A stretch of DNA of 64,000 nucleotides, taken from NCBI GenBank assembly GCA_965202585.1, contig OZ241827.1, positions 66,464,001 through 66,528,000 of the forward strand. The letters are read 5' to 3'. A model generated the notes under the pieces. The model saw nothing but the letters and a program-made list of their open reading frames with translations. It did no database searches and was not told the origin of the DNA. The first letter of the stretch is position 1. Each line of letters opens with the position of its first letter. Positions 39,304 to 51,500 of the stretch are shown piece after piece. Both the position numbers and the translations under genes were made by a program. Source of the stretch: Thalia democratica. Lineage: Eukaryota.

Positions 39304-41289
39304 ATCATAGCAACTCATTTTTGAAATGTTTTCATAAAGTTCTTTCTCAGAATGTGCAGTACATATGTTTTTAAAATTTAAGAATTGATCAAAAAAAGCT
39401 TGCTTTGCAGAGAATACTTTAGAATAATATTTTAAGTAAATTTTTAAATAACTTTTTTCAAAACAAGCTAGTGTGAACAGTTATTAAAAGAAGGTTATAA
39501 TCTTACTTTTTATCTTCAGAAATTATGAAGTCTTTTAAAGGTATTAATTACAATATAAGTACGACATTAAAGCTTTTTACTTTAATTGTTTATAAAAATA
39601 TATCTAACAAATCTGATTTGTGTAACATATACATTTTCTTAAAATTAAATTTTCATTAAAAATTTCAAATGCACTTTTTCTACCTTTAAAAAATGTTTTA
39701 GTGGTCAAGTTTATTAAAATGCAAACATGATTATACTAAAACATTTAATTTAGTTTATTCTAGTCTAGTGTAACAACTTCATTTTCATAAGTATTGGAAT
39801 ACAGAATGTTTTAATTCATTACAATAGTTGGTCTCATGAAAGTTTAATCAAACCAGTTTTCTAAACTAAATAAGTTGAAGTAAGATTATTTATTCATAAA
39901 TTAATGTTTAAAAAAGTTAGCGGTAGTAAAAAGGACTATAAACAAAAATAAGAAGTTGAAAAGTTTATAACACAGGTCTAACAATTAGCTTATGTTTAAT
40001 TTAGTGCTAGCAAAACTATTTTAAAAATGCGAACATGAATAACTACTGTGGACAAAATATTTAATAAGAAATTTTTATTTCTAGTCGTTTAACTTATTCA
40101 TGTTCTTTAAAACACTTAATGTGTACTAATTTATAACCAGTAATTGAAAGAAAATAGTTTTTTTTGTTAAACTGTACCTATAAAATGGTATTTACACACA
40201 TTTGTTTAAATGTATTTTTTTAAAACTAAATATTTTGTTTTTTCATAAGACAAAACTTATTATTTAAAATTCTACAAAAACGCTAATAAATTATTTTACA
40301 ACTATTCAAACATTTGTTTAAAATATAAGTTTGTAATCAGAAAGTAAGTATAGTATTATACAAGAACAAACACTGCAAAACACCAAATAGAACTGCATTA
40401 AATAAAAAACTAAAAAGAAACTAATATTGACGAAAGGCACTAATTTGAAGAACAATTATGAACTTATGTCGGAATGATTAGCAAATTTTGATGTTGATAA
40501 AAAAAAAGGTTTATCATTAATGAAATGTTAAAAGTAATAGAATATTCAAACTGTTGTATCCAAGATTTTGATGTGCATAATTATATAAACAGATGGTAAA
40601 AATGATTAATAAATATATGAATTAAAAATTTTAGAGCTTCAAACAAAACTAAAATCATAATTTCAAAATAACTAAAAATAATTGCATTATCATTTTTTGT
40701 ACACAAATGTTTTAGTGAAACATTTAAAACAGAATTTCATAAATCAAACAAAATTTAAAAACACTCAAAACTTGATTATAATATTTTTGGAAAAATATTT
40801 TTTTAGACGAAATATAACACTTCTAAACTTTAATAAACAACAAAAACTAATTTTTACACAAAACTTGTTGCACTATATTTTACTTCTTTTTGAAAATATA
40901 CTTTGATATTTTTTGTCGTCTATTTCTCCTTGCATTCAGAACCTATCAAGCTCATTGACTTTTCTGAATAATATTCGTTTATTGAATAACATATAAAAAA
41001 TTATTAAATTAACAGAAACGTTCATCAATTTTTGTTGGGTTGGTAGTTAATAAAAGATTAAAAGTAAAAAATAAGTTTTAAATTTAGACTTTTGTGGAAA
41101 AATTAAACCATTAATGTTCACAAGATAATTTTTTAGAGTTTTCAACTTTAAGAAATGAGGTATAGTTTTAAATTTGAAAAGTTTGTTTATATAAAATACT
41201 TTTGATATTTCGTGTAAAGAATATAAGACTGATACACTAATAATGTAGATATAATTTTAATGAAAAATCTAAAACTAAACAATTTAAAC

Positions 41290-41590
41290 CAAGGTTTCCC
41301 AAAACTTTTTTCAAATGGCCCCCTTTGAAGAAATTAAAAAAGCTATGGCCACCTTCAATATAACTACTCAAACTAATATTAAAAAGACTTAAGAATTTTT
41401 TTTCTCCAGAACATCTAGTGTAAGTTTCAGAATTACCATTTGAAACACCTAAGATTTTTTTTTTTGCTCTTTTGTCATCAACTCCACAATATCTAGTGTA
41501 AGTTTCAAACTATGAACTCATGGTCCCAGTGGCCTCTTTGCTGCTCGTGGCCCCCTGAACACCTGTCATGGCCCCCAATGCCTATGGTCT
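41290..41590. mobile_element. hAT-like MITE family 3 with internal duplication
   Basis: Starts CAAGGTTTCCCAAA and is the reverse-orientation homolog of 7207-7421; the right end is degenerate. Confidence 0.65.
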
Positions 41591-42557
41591 TAAAGTATTT
41601 TAAAGTCCAAACTATATATATATGTTATAAACTACTCTATCAAAAAGTAGTTTGAAATCTGATGATTCAATAGGGCTACTACTAATTGTAAAGTTACTTA
41701 ACTTTTTCCGGACCTTTTAAAATATTTTTATAAAAAGTTTATTTTATTCTAAGAAATTATAATTTTGAGGAATATAAACTTATACTTCTTAAAAACAATC
41801 CTTATCATTTAATTTTAATTTATTGTACGTGGACCTCATGAATAGCTTTAATTTTGACAAACTATTTCCGAAAAAAATAAAAAACTTTGCACAAAAGTTA
41901 ATGCCTGTTAAATAAAAATTATGTGGAAAAGAGATTAAAAGGTATATTAATACTATTTATGTATAGACTTATATGGTTTGTAAATAGACTAAAACACCGA
42001 ATATTTAGTAGTCTTAGTCATAGAGATATAAAACTTCTCAGTTGTTTGTATTTCGAACATAAATTTTACACTTCAATCAATAACATTTCAATTTAAAATG
42101 CCTCACATCAAATCTGATTTAACTCTTACGTGTTTTATGTACATACTTTCACAAATCCTGAGGGCACTTATTTGCTTCTAGCGGACCATATAAGAGTTCT
42201 TATAAAAAATAATTTAAAATTTTTAGCTAGAACCTTTTATTTATTTGGTAAATATCACAAAAACAGCTTCTGCAGGATTTTAAATAAAATCACGGAGGTG
42301 GTTTTTGATTTTCTGAAATCTACCCCAATGTAAACTGTATTAGAATGATACCTTTGAGTTTTTAACTCAAAGTTGTTTTACATGTTGGAATTATATAAAA
42401 AACACATCGTGCGGAATTTAAGACGATTTGGAGATAACTTTTACTATTTGGAGATTTTTATAATTTACTAACATTAAAAGATAACTAACTAACCTTTCAA
42501 AGGTTGCAAATAAGAGCTAACTTTGTTTAGTTAGTTGAAAAATTGCTCACCTAAAAT

Positions 42558-45500
42558 TTAACTATTCATGCTCATTTTGTCAACGCTCCTAGTGATGGAA
42601 CTTATGGATTCCAAGTTATCATCTGGGTTGGCGGCGAGGTTTCTTTCTATCTGGGGCCCGTCTATAGGTATCACTCTAACTACCACATAGTCGCTATTTG
42701 GTGACCCAAATCTAAAATTATTTCACGTAAAAAGTATTTTACTTTACTAAATTTATCAGTAATGTTTTATGAACAGTATAAATTTCAATACTATAAAATA
42801 TGTATCAGTATATTTAAATTTAACTTTTTATCATAAAGAATGTTAAGTATTAAACAATAAATTTACATTGGTCAGCACAAGTTTAAGAGGTATAAAACAC
42901 ATGTCACTATTTGCTTTTATTTAAGACTTGTTTTGAACACATATTAATAACTATAGTTGGTAAAATAATAGTATTGTAATGTAAAGAAATATAAGGCTTT
43001 TTTATAACCAAAGTTAGATTATAAAAACTATCAGACTGCTTATGTATAAAATTTTTGTAATGGTCCACTTTGGGAAACCCTGAACTAGACTAAGAAAAAA
43101 AGTACTACTACATTTTCAAAATTATTTTACACATAAATATAAGTGTAAAAACTTACTTGAGTTTCAAGTAAAACTACCAAAGTTAGACTTGAAAAAAAAA
43201 CACTCCAAAAGTGCTTTAAGTATCCTGATTTTATTCGTAATCTGCCAGTTTAAAAAATAAACCTGAAAGTAGTTACATGGCTGCTGACTTGGTTGTTCTG
43301 GAACCCGTTGACGAACTTGTAAAAGTTGAAAACCTCCAAAGGAACCGGTCCACTATCGCTCGAGGACCTTAGTACTTTTTGGTAGTCCTGAGAGCCGTAC
43401 TTTGCAACAAATACCCGACACTGGCACAATCTGAACACTTTTAACGACCCATGCTCGTATTTTAGTATGATGCCGCCTTTTGAGGTGGAGATGATCTTCG
43501 TGACTTGGTCGTAGCTGCCTGTTTTTTATAAAAATCAAAACCGTTGTTAGATGAAATATCTTAATTTAATGTTGTAACAATTTGATTTGACTCTATTTTA
43601 AACCTGATTTTTTAATGCTATAAAAGTGACCTGAATATGACCGGACCAATACGTAGGTAAACTTATACAATAACAATTATTAGCCAATTTTATATATAAA
43701 AACCTACAAAGTTTACTTGTTTTGTAAGCGTATGTATCTTCACATCATAATAAAAATATTTCTTTATCGTTTGGGTTTTATGCGAATGTAAAACAATCTG
43801 ATTTGATCAAAGCACAGACTAACACTTCAAAAACTAAAGAGCTAAATGTTGTAAAAAGCGTTTAAGCAACATAGAGTCTTATAAACATGTGTTTAACCGA
43901 CCGACCGAATAATTAAGAAAGTTCAATAGAAATACTTATAAACATGAAAAACTATTAAATTGTATTTGTCGATAACAGTCTTCCTTTTATGCTGCCTCTG
44001 AACAAAAAAGAAGCAGCAATTTTCAAATCTTCTTAGAAAAAGGAAATTTTGATAAGGGAATTGGTTTAAGATGCACTATTTGAAATACATATTATCAATT
44101 TTAACTATTTTAATACAGCACCATTTTTCTTAATTACCTGCATACTTGAACGTCTTCGAATTCTTACCGACATCTTCAATAAGTTCCTTCATTACAGTAT
44201 CACCTTTTTTAATTACTTCATTGTAGTTTTTATTCAAATTTATTTGCAATCCTTTGTCTAGTTGAAATATGTGATTTTCCGCCATTGTGTCGTACATGAC
44301 ATTCACTTGAAAGCAAGATAAATCTTGTTCTACAATGTGAATTGGTAATTAAGGAAAGTTTACTTGACAATTTATATATAAAAACAAATCAGTGTGCTTT
44401 ACTGAGTAATTTATAGTGTGATAAAACCTTGTATAAAAAATGAAAGGTTTTTAATATTAGTTTTATACTTAGTTACAAAACGTTTAATTACTTTTGCAAT
44501 TTAATAAACTGAAAAGCCTATAGTTTTATATATACACGATAACTTTGGCTCGTACTAATAAGTATTAACTTACAAAATTAATTACAGCTTAACTAGCTGG
44601 GGAATAGAAATCATGAGCGATTTATTTGGTAAATAAAAAAAAACATCAACAACATCTTACTTTTTATGTTCAGCTCATTTAGAATTGTATCCAAAGACTT
44701 GATATTTTTAGGTGAAGTTCTTTGACCTGTTAAAATTAAAAGCATAGTATTAAAAAAATTATTTAAAAAACTAATGCCAGGGTTTTAAAAAGTTTTTGGA
44801 AAATATTTTTCAGGTTTTCAATTTTTTTTCAGGTTTTTAAAACTACACGTTTCTGGGTATATTTTTAGCTATAAATTAATTTTTAGGTAAAAAATTTGTG
44901 TTAAATAGTATAACGACATTGAAAAGACTTGTCTAAAGCTTCTTTGAATGTGTTTTATGATAAAAGAAGTTTTTCGATACAACAGATTTTTGTGTCATAT
45001 CGAAATTTCACTACTTAATATGTAAAAGTTGCTTTAAATTCAAGGTTTTTTAGTTATTTTTGTTCAAAATTCCAGTTCAAAATTTTCCGAGGATTCTAGG
45101 CTTTTTGGCAACCCTGAAATGTTTAAGAACTTTTTCAAACCAACTTGTGTTTGAACTGGCGTAGGTGTCGGAAGTGGGGGGAACTTGGTTGGGGGTTTGG
45201 GGTTGGCCAGGGCTGTTAGGTTGTTGGTGTATAGGTGATAAAGGGTTCAGCCTGAAGCTCATTGGGGATACGGGATTTGAGTTGGGGTCATTCATTGTCA
45301 TGGGTGTGGGCACCGGCGTCGTTTCTGTATTTAAATTGAAAACAAATGTTAGTGTGTGCAAAAAAAGAAAAAAAGTGTGCAGTTTAAAATTACCATATAC
45401 ATTATAAATGTTGTTTCTGTGTTGGAATCCGAAATTGTTTCTCAGTGTTTTCAAGTTAAAGTTATAGGCAAACTAATTTTTTGGTTTGCACACGAACAGC

Positions 45501-48500
45501 TTGTTTGTTTTTAGTTTAATGTGCATGCCACAAGTATTTAACGTCAAATAGCAACAATTTAATTTTCAATAATTTTCAGCATAACTATATGAACTGAGTT
45601 TTAGAATTTTTTAAACTATGTAAGATATGTTTGTTACTAATAAGCTTAAATATATTGATAAGTGCGAGATATATATACTATAAATTGCTTTAAAAACATA
45701 AGTTTTAACTGTATTATTATCAGAAACAAAGCCACTGGTGTTGTTCTGTATGGAAATCAAAAATAGTTTCTTAGTACTTTCATACTAAAGTTACTTGCAC
45801 ATCATACAAACTACTTTTTTAGTTTGCACACGAATAAAATAAATTTTAAAATAACAAAATTAAATAAAGTTTGTTAGTTTATTTATTACTTTTAAAGTAT
45901 TATGTGCATGGCATAAGTAATTAACGTAAACCGGAATAAATTTTATTTTTTAATAATTTATAGCATTACCATATGCGCTGAGTTTTAGTATCTTTAAACT
46001 ATGTAAGATATGTTTGTCTATTTTAAGCTTACATATATTGATAATTAGAAGATATATATATTTAAAAATTTCTTTAAAAATATAACATTTTAGTTACAGA
46101 CGTTGATTAAATAGCTCAGTGCATAAAATGAGCTTTTTTGTATACTTTTAAAGTTATTAAAAATTATCTCAACACCAATTATTTTTTGTGCATAAATGCA
46201 AAACTCAAAATTTTTTTTTTTATTTGTTATGATTAAATTTTCAAATACTTCAAAATGATGTTTACTACTCAGTAAAGCGCTAATATACAGAACAAAAGCT
46301 TTTAAAAATAAAAAAGTACAAAAAATTGAACTAACGTAAGAATTCATTGATGTTAAAGTCGTTTCCTTCGGTAGCTTTCATGTCTATGTTGGAAGTATCT
46401 TAAAATAAAAAAATAGTTTTATTATTAATACAAAAAACCTGAAACTTGCAAGTTTATATGAAAATTGTTTTATTTCAAACCAAGTACTTTTGGTGAACAA
46501 CATTTAAAATACTGAAATTTCTACTTCTACAACTTTAAGTTATTGTAAGTCATCTCATACAAATTTATTGATTCACTGATTTATGAATAAACAAGTGTTT
46601 TTATTAATTAACAATTAATATTAATGAGACTCTCAGTTATGATAAATATTTTTTTTTAATAAAAGTTATCTATCTTAATAATAATTAAAGAAAAATATTT
46701 TAACATCATAATCTTATTAACTAGACCGTGAGGTACTTTTTATTATTTTTTGAATTTAAAGTTACTTTTTGATATATGGCCCCTCAAAATTTATTAAATT
46801 ACTATGTACACAAGTATCTTATTTAGATATTAATAAAAAATTATATCAGCTACAACATTTCTGTGGTGAGCACCTTATTAGTTCGAAACTTAAATACAAT
46901 AAAATATTTAAAATTTAAATTGATCATTCTCCTTATCATTAAGTCGAGAACTTTTATTGTGATATATAGAAAAAAGTACACAATAAAACATTTGTAGCTA
47001 ATATTGGAGACAAGTTACTAAACTTTTCAGTCACCAGCTTTTATAAGTTTCAAACAAATTTTATTTTAAATTTTATTTAAAAACACAAATAAACTCTCAC
47101 CTTCCATAAATTGAGCTAATTCATTAGCAACTGGTTGATGCTGTTTGTATAAAACATTTTTATTTAAAGTTTTAATACGAAAACTATTTTTAAGCAATTT
47201 TTCTTACTTATTTAAGGAATAGATTTTTATTTTTTAAGCATTTGAAATTAAAAGCATTAAAGAAAAACTTTTACACTTAAAAAATATTATATATGTTTTA
47301 CATTAATAACACGTTGAATTAAAAAAGTTCAGAAAATTCTGTAAGAGACTTAAATATTATGCAAACTTTTAATGATTACTCTTTAGCATAATGAACAAGT
47401 AGTAACTTTAAACTCAATCTTTTTTTTTTTAGATACACATAAAAACTGTTAAAAAATAAATTAAATTAAAAAAAAATATGATAAACTATAAATTTGTATT
47501 TTAATTTACAGATAAATTTTCAAGTAAACAATCTTAATAATTCATTTCTAAACACAATGATAAACTACTTTTTAAACATATAGTCAGAAAGTGTTAAGGT
47601 GTTAAACCAACATCCGAAAAATTCTTAAACAAATTACAAGAACTTAAAAAGTTTTACTTAGTCTTCTAAAAATTATAATTTTATTTATGCATTTAATAAC
47701 TTATAAGAATTTAAACTTACATTACTCGAAGAAGACTCGTTGTTAAAATCTGAAAGTTAAAACTTGTTAAACAACTATAAATGTTTGAAATACTATTGCA
47801 AAAAATTAGCTATAAAAAACCTCTAAAAAATATGAGCATTATTTTGTTCTTTTTCCAATTAAAATTTTTTTAAGTATATAAATGATAATATTAGACTCAT
47901 TAGCAAGAAATTAAAAAAAAATTAAAACAGTAACATTAAAAAAAGACTTGGATCAATTAAAAGTATGTCAATATAAAAGAATATATTCAAACAAATTTAA
48001 ATTGTTATCTTTTTATAGTTCAGCAAAGTTAAGCGAGCATGTTGTTTGTATTGCTCATTAAGTAAACAGATGTAAAAAATTTTAAAGAAAACAACTTTAT
48101 CAAACTATACGGTAGTCAAGTTTGAAAAAAGCTTTGACCTTTACAGCTAAGTTTTTTATAAAATGACCAAGTGATTTTTTAGTTATAAAACTTTGTGTTT
48201 AAAAAACTATAATTTGTAAAAATAATTTTAAAAATTAATACAAAAAAATTATTTAAATTAAAATTCAACCAGCTAAACACTTTGTTTTTAACTAATAATT
48301 TTTTAATACAAGCAAAAATACGTTAATAGAGCGTTTAATAACTATAAATAAATTATAACTACCTAAAATAATAATTTAATAACTATAACATATAGTTTAA
48401 AAAATAAACTAATACCAAATGAGGATATTAAAATCATTTTTCAGTTTAAAAAGTAGACATGTTTCAAAAATAAAGTTAAACTACATTAGTCAACATAACA

Positions 48501-51500
48501 AAAATTTTAAACAATTTCTATCTTTAAAAAAAAGGCGAAATAATAATAACAACACAGAAAACTATTTTCATTACTTAATAAAATTGTTTATAAACATACC
48601 GTATTCGAAGTATCAATTTTAAATAAGAATAAAATAGTTTTATTTAGTTATCTCGTTTAAACTTAAACAAAAAATTATATATTATTTAAAATGTTTTTGA
48701 TGACTTTTAATACAAGCAAGTGTAAACTAGTTATTTTAATTATTTCAGAATTTTAATTATTTTAGAATTATTTTAGAACTAGAATTTTATTAAATATAAT
48801 TGAACCAAGTATTACAAGGGTTGCTACTCTTTCAGTCAAAAAAAAAACTGATTTACCAAAAACTGTCCTGAGTCATCCTGAATTTTTTTTAATTCTTAAT
48901 TTTTTTTCACTTCTAGCGCAAACTGCTTATACCTCATAGTTCTTTTACTGTAAATAATAAATCTAAAAGTTAAAAATATATGCTTTTACAATTGATGCTT
49001 AAATAAATTAATAAAAAGTGCTGTTTTTGAAGATTCAACATTTAAATTCTAAATCGATTGTAAGCTTTTTAATAAGTTTGTGGATAATTTTATGTAAACA
49101 TTGTAGTTAATTTTATATATAAACGAAAATATTTTGAACTTGATTTTTTGTTGTTTCTTAGAGTAGTGAAGAGCTAGCCTCTAAGCTAAAAAAATTAAAC
49201 AAGCATTTCAAAATAAACAAAATTTTCAAAATATAAAAACTAGATAAATTAAATCTCAGTCAAAATCTAAAAAAGTAGTGAGATTAAAAAAATCTTAAAA
49301 CTTTCCTGGGGTTTTATGAAACAACAGATCTATCTTGAGTTAGCCTGATTTGTATTGAGTCATCCTGAGAATAAAAACAAAAACATTATGAGTGTCCTGA
49401 ATGTGTGGCAACTCTGTATTACTTATTATACATGAGGTTTTATTTTTCAAAAGTGCATTAGGATATTATATAGTTAAAAGCACCAATTCATTACCAACAA
49501 TAAGTTAAATATTAACAAGGTAACATTTGTTCAAAAAACAAAAAACTCAACATAAAATTTGCATAAAATGGGTAGTATAGTACTGATCAATAAATAAAGT
49601 ACACACTTAAATAAAACAGATATAATAAATTATACTTTAACACAAACCATTTTGGTTGTTTGGGTTTACAGGAATCATTTGTGATTGGTTCTGGTAAGCT
49701 GGAGTGTTCTGAAAAATTATGAAGTATCATTTTAAAGCAAAAACTTTTTTTAAGTCTGGATTATTAGTATGCTACTTATGAATCTACAATATTTACAAAA
49801 ACCAAACTAACAAAAATGTGTTAACAACACAGTTTTATTTATATAAAAAACTAGTATCACATGAATTAGGCTCAACAACTTTTTAAATTTTGTATAAGAT
49901 GAATTATTAATATTTTACACTCAAAGTTTGAAATCAAAACTATTTGTATTATCTATATTATACTCTAAATTTCGTTTTAAATAAAAAAGTTTTTTTTATT
50001 TAACAAAAAAATCTACAAATTTATTAGTATTCGTTATATTGCCTAAAGTACTTTCAAATTCTTCTTCAGTTCTAATTGCCTACTGAAGAAGAATTTGAAA
50101 GTACTTTAGGCAATATAACGAATACTAATAAATTTGTAGATTTTTTTGTTAAATAAAAAAAACCTTTTTATTTAAAACGATTTTGATAAAGACAAAAAAA
50201 TCACGAAGAACAACACACAACCAGGGGAAGATTTGAGACACTTAAAACTAAAATATTTTTACACTCTAAATTTGAAATCAAAACTGTTTGCATTATGTTT
50301 AAACTTGACAAAACAGTTAAAAAATAACTTACTTGAGCTGAATAATGTGCAGGATTGACATTTTGTAATACATGAACATCTTGTGCAGGTTGTTGATGGT
50401 ATTCAAACTGGTGATTGGTTGCTATAAATACAAGCTAGTTTTAACAATTTAAAACAGTACATATAACTATAACAAATTTTAATTTTAATCAAAACCAGCA
50501 AAAAAGTTCTTCCATTATGATTTTAAACATCTTAAAAGTTTTTAAAGCAAGTTTTTAATGAAATTATCACAAAACTCAATATAAACTAAAATCATTTAAT
50601 CATAAGTTTTGGCTGGTGTATATTGTTAAAAACTAAAATAACAATCTTAAAATTTTACCTAAAAAATCTAATGCCAGAAATTTTAAAAACTGTTTGAACA
50701 TAATAAATTCTTTTCAAAGCAAGTATTTACTCAAATTATCACAAAACTCTTTACAAACTAACTGGAAGGATTGTTGTAAGCCACGTACTGTTGCTGGTTA
50801 TTGAAATTTTCACTGTATTCACCATGTGGTCTCTTCCTTGAAGGAGGTCCATAATTAACTGTTGATAACAATATAAAAACTATTTTTGCTGTGACTTTGT
50901 CATTTACTATAAAAAACTATAAAGCCACAATGGAAAGGTTTATAAAACAAAAAAAAAACATTGGCACTTATGTAACTTCAAGTATTAACTATGAGTCACT
51001 TTTTTTAAAACATTAAAAAAAAATCAAGTTTTGAGATATAGTCAGTTTTGTAAAAAGTTTTAAACAAAACTTTATAGACCATAAAATTTTCATCATCAGT
51101 TTTCTCTTAAATTTAAAAAGTTTTAACTTAAGATTTTTAGCTCTAAACTTATTTGTCCACTTTAACCAGCTTCAAAGTTTTGTAACTAATAATAAAATTT
51201 AGTTAATTTTTTTGGAAGTATAAAACTCAGTAAATTTTCACTAACCGTTATGATTATAATTTGCACTTTTATTTACTTTTCTGTTTTCTTGCACACAATA
51301 ACATTTGAAATTGCTACCAAAATTGTGATCAACTTTTCTGAAGTCATTTGACTTATCCATGGCATTTCTGAACTTGTTTTTTAACTCAGTGATATCTTTC
51401 GAGATGTTTTTATCTCTCCATTTGTCTTTGGGAGGAATAGGAAAATTTCTGTGTTCAGCATAAGCCTATAAAGTGCATTTTTAGCTGAATATAATTTTTT

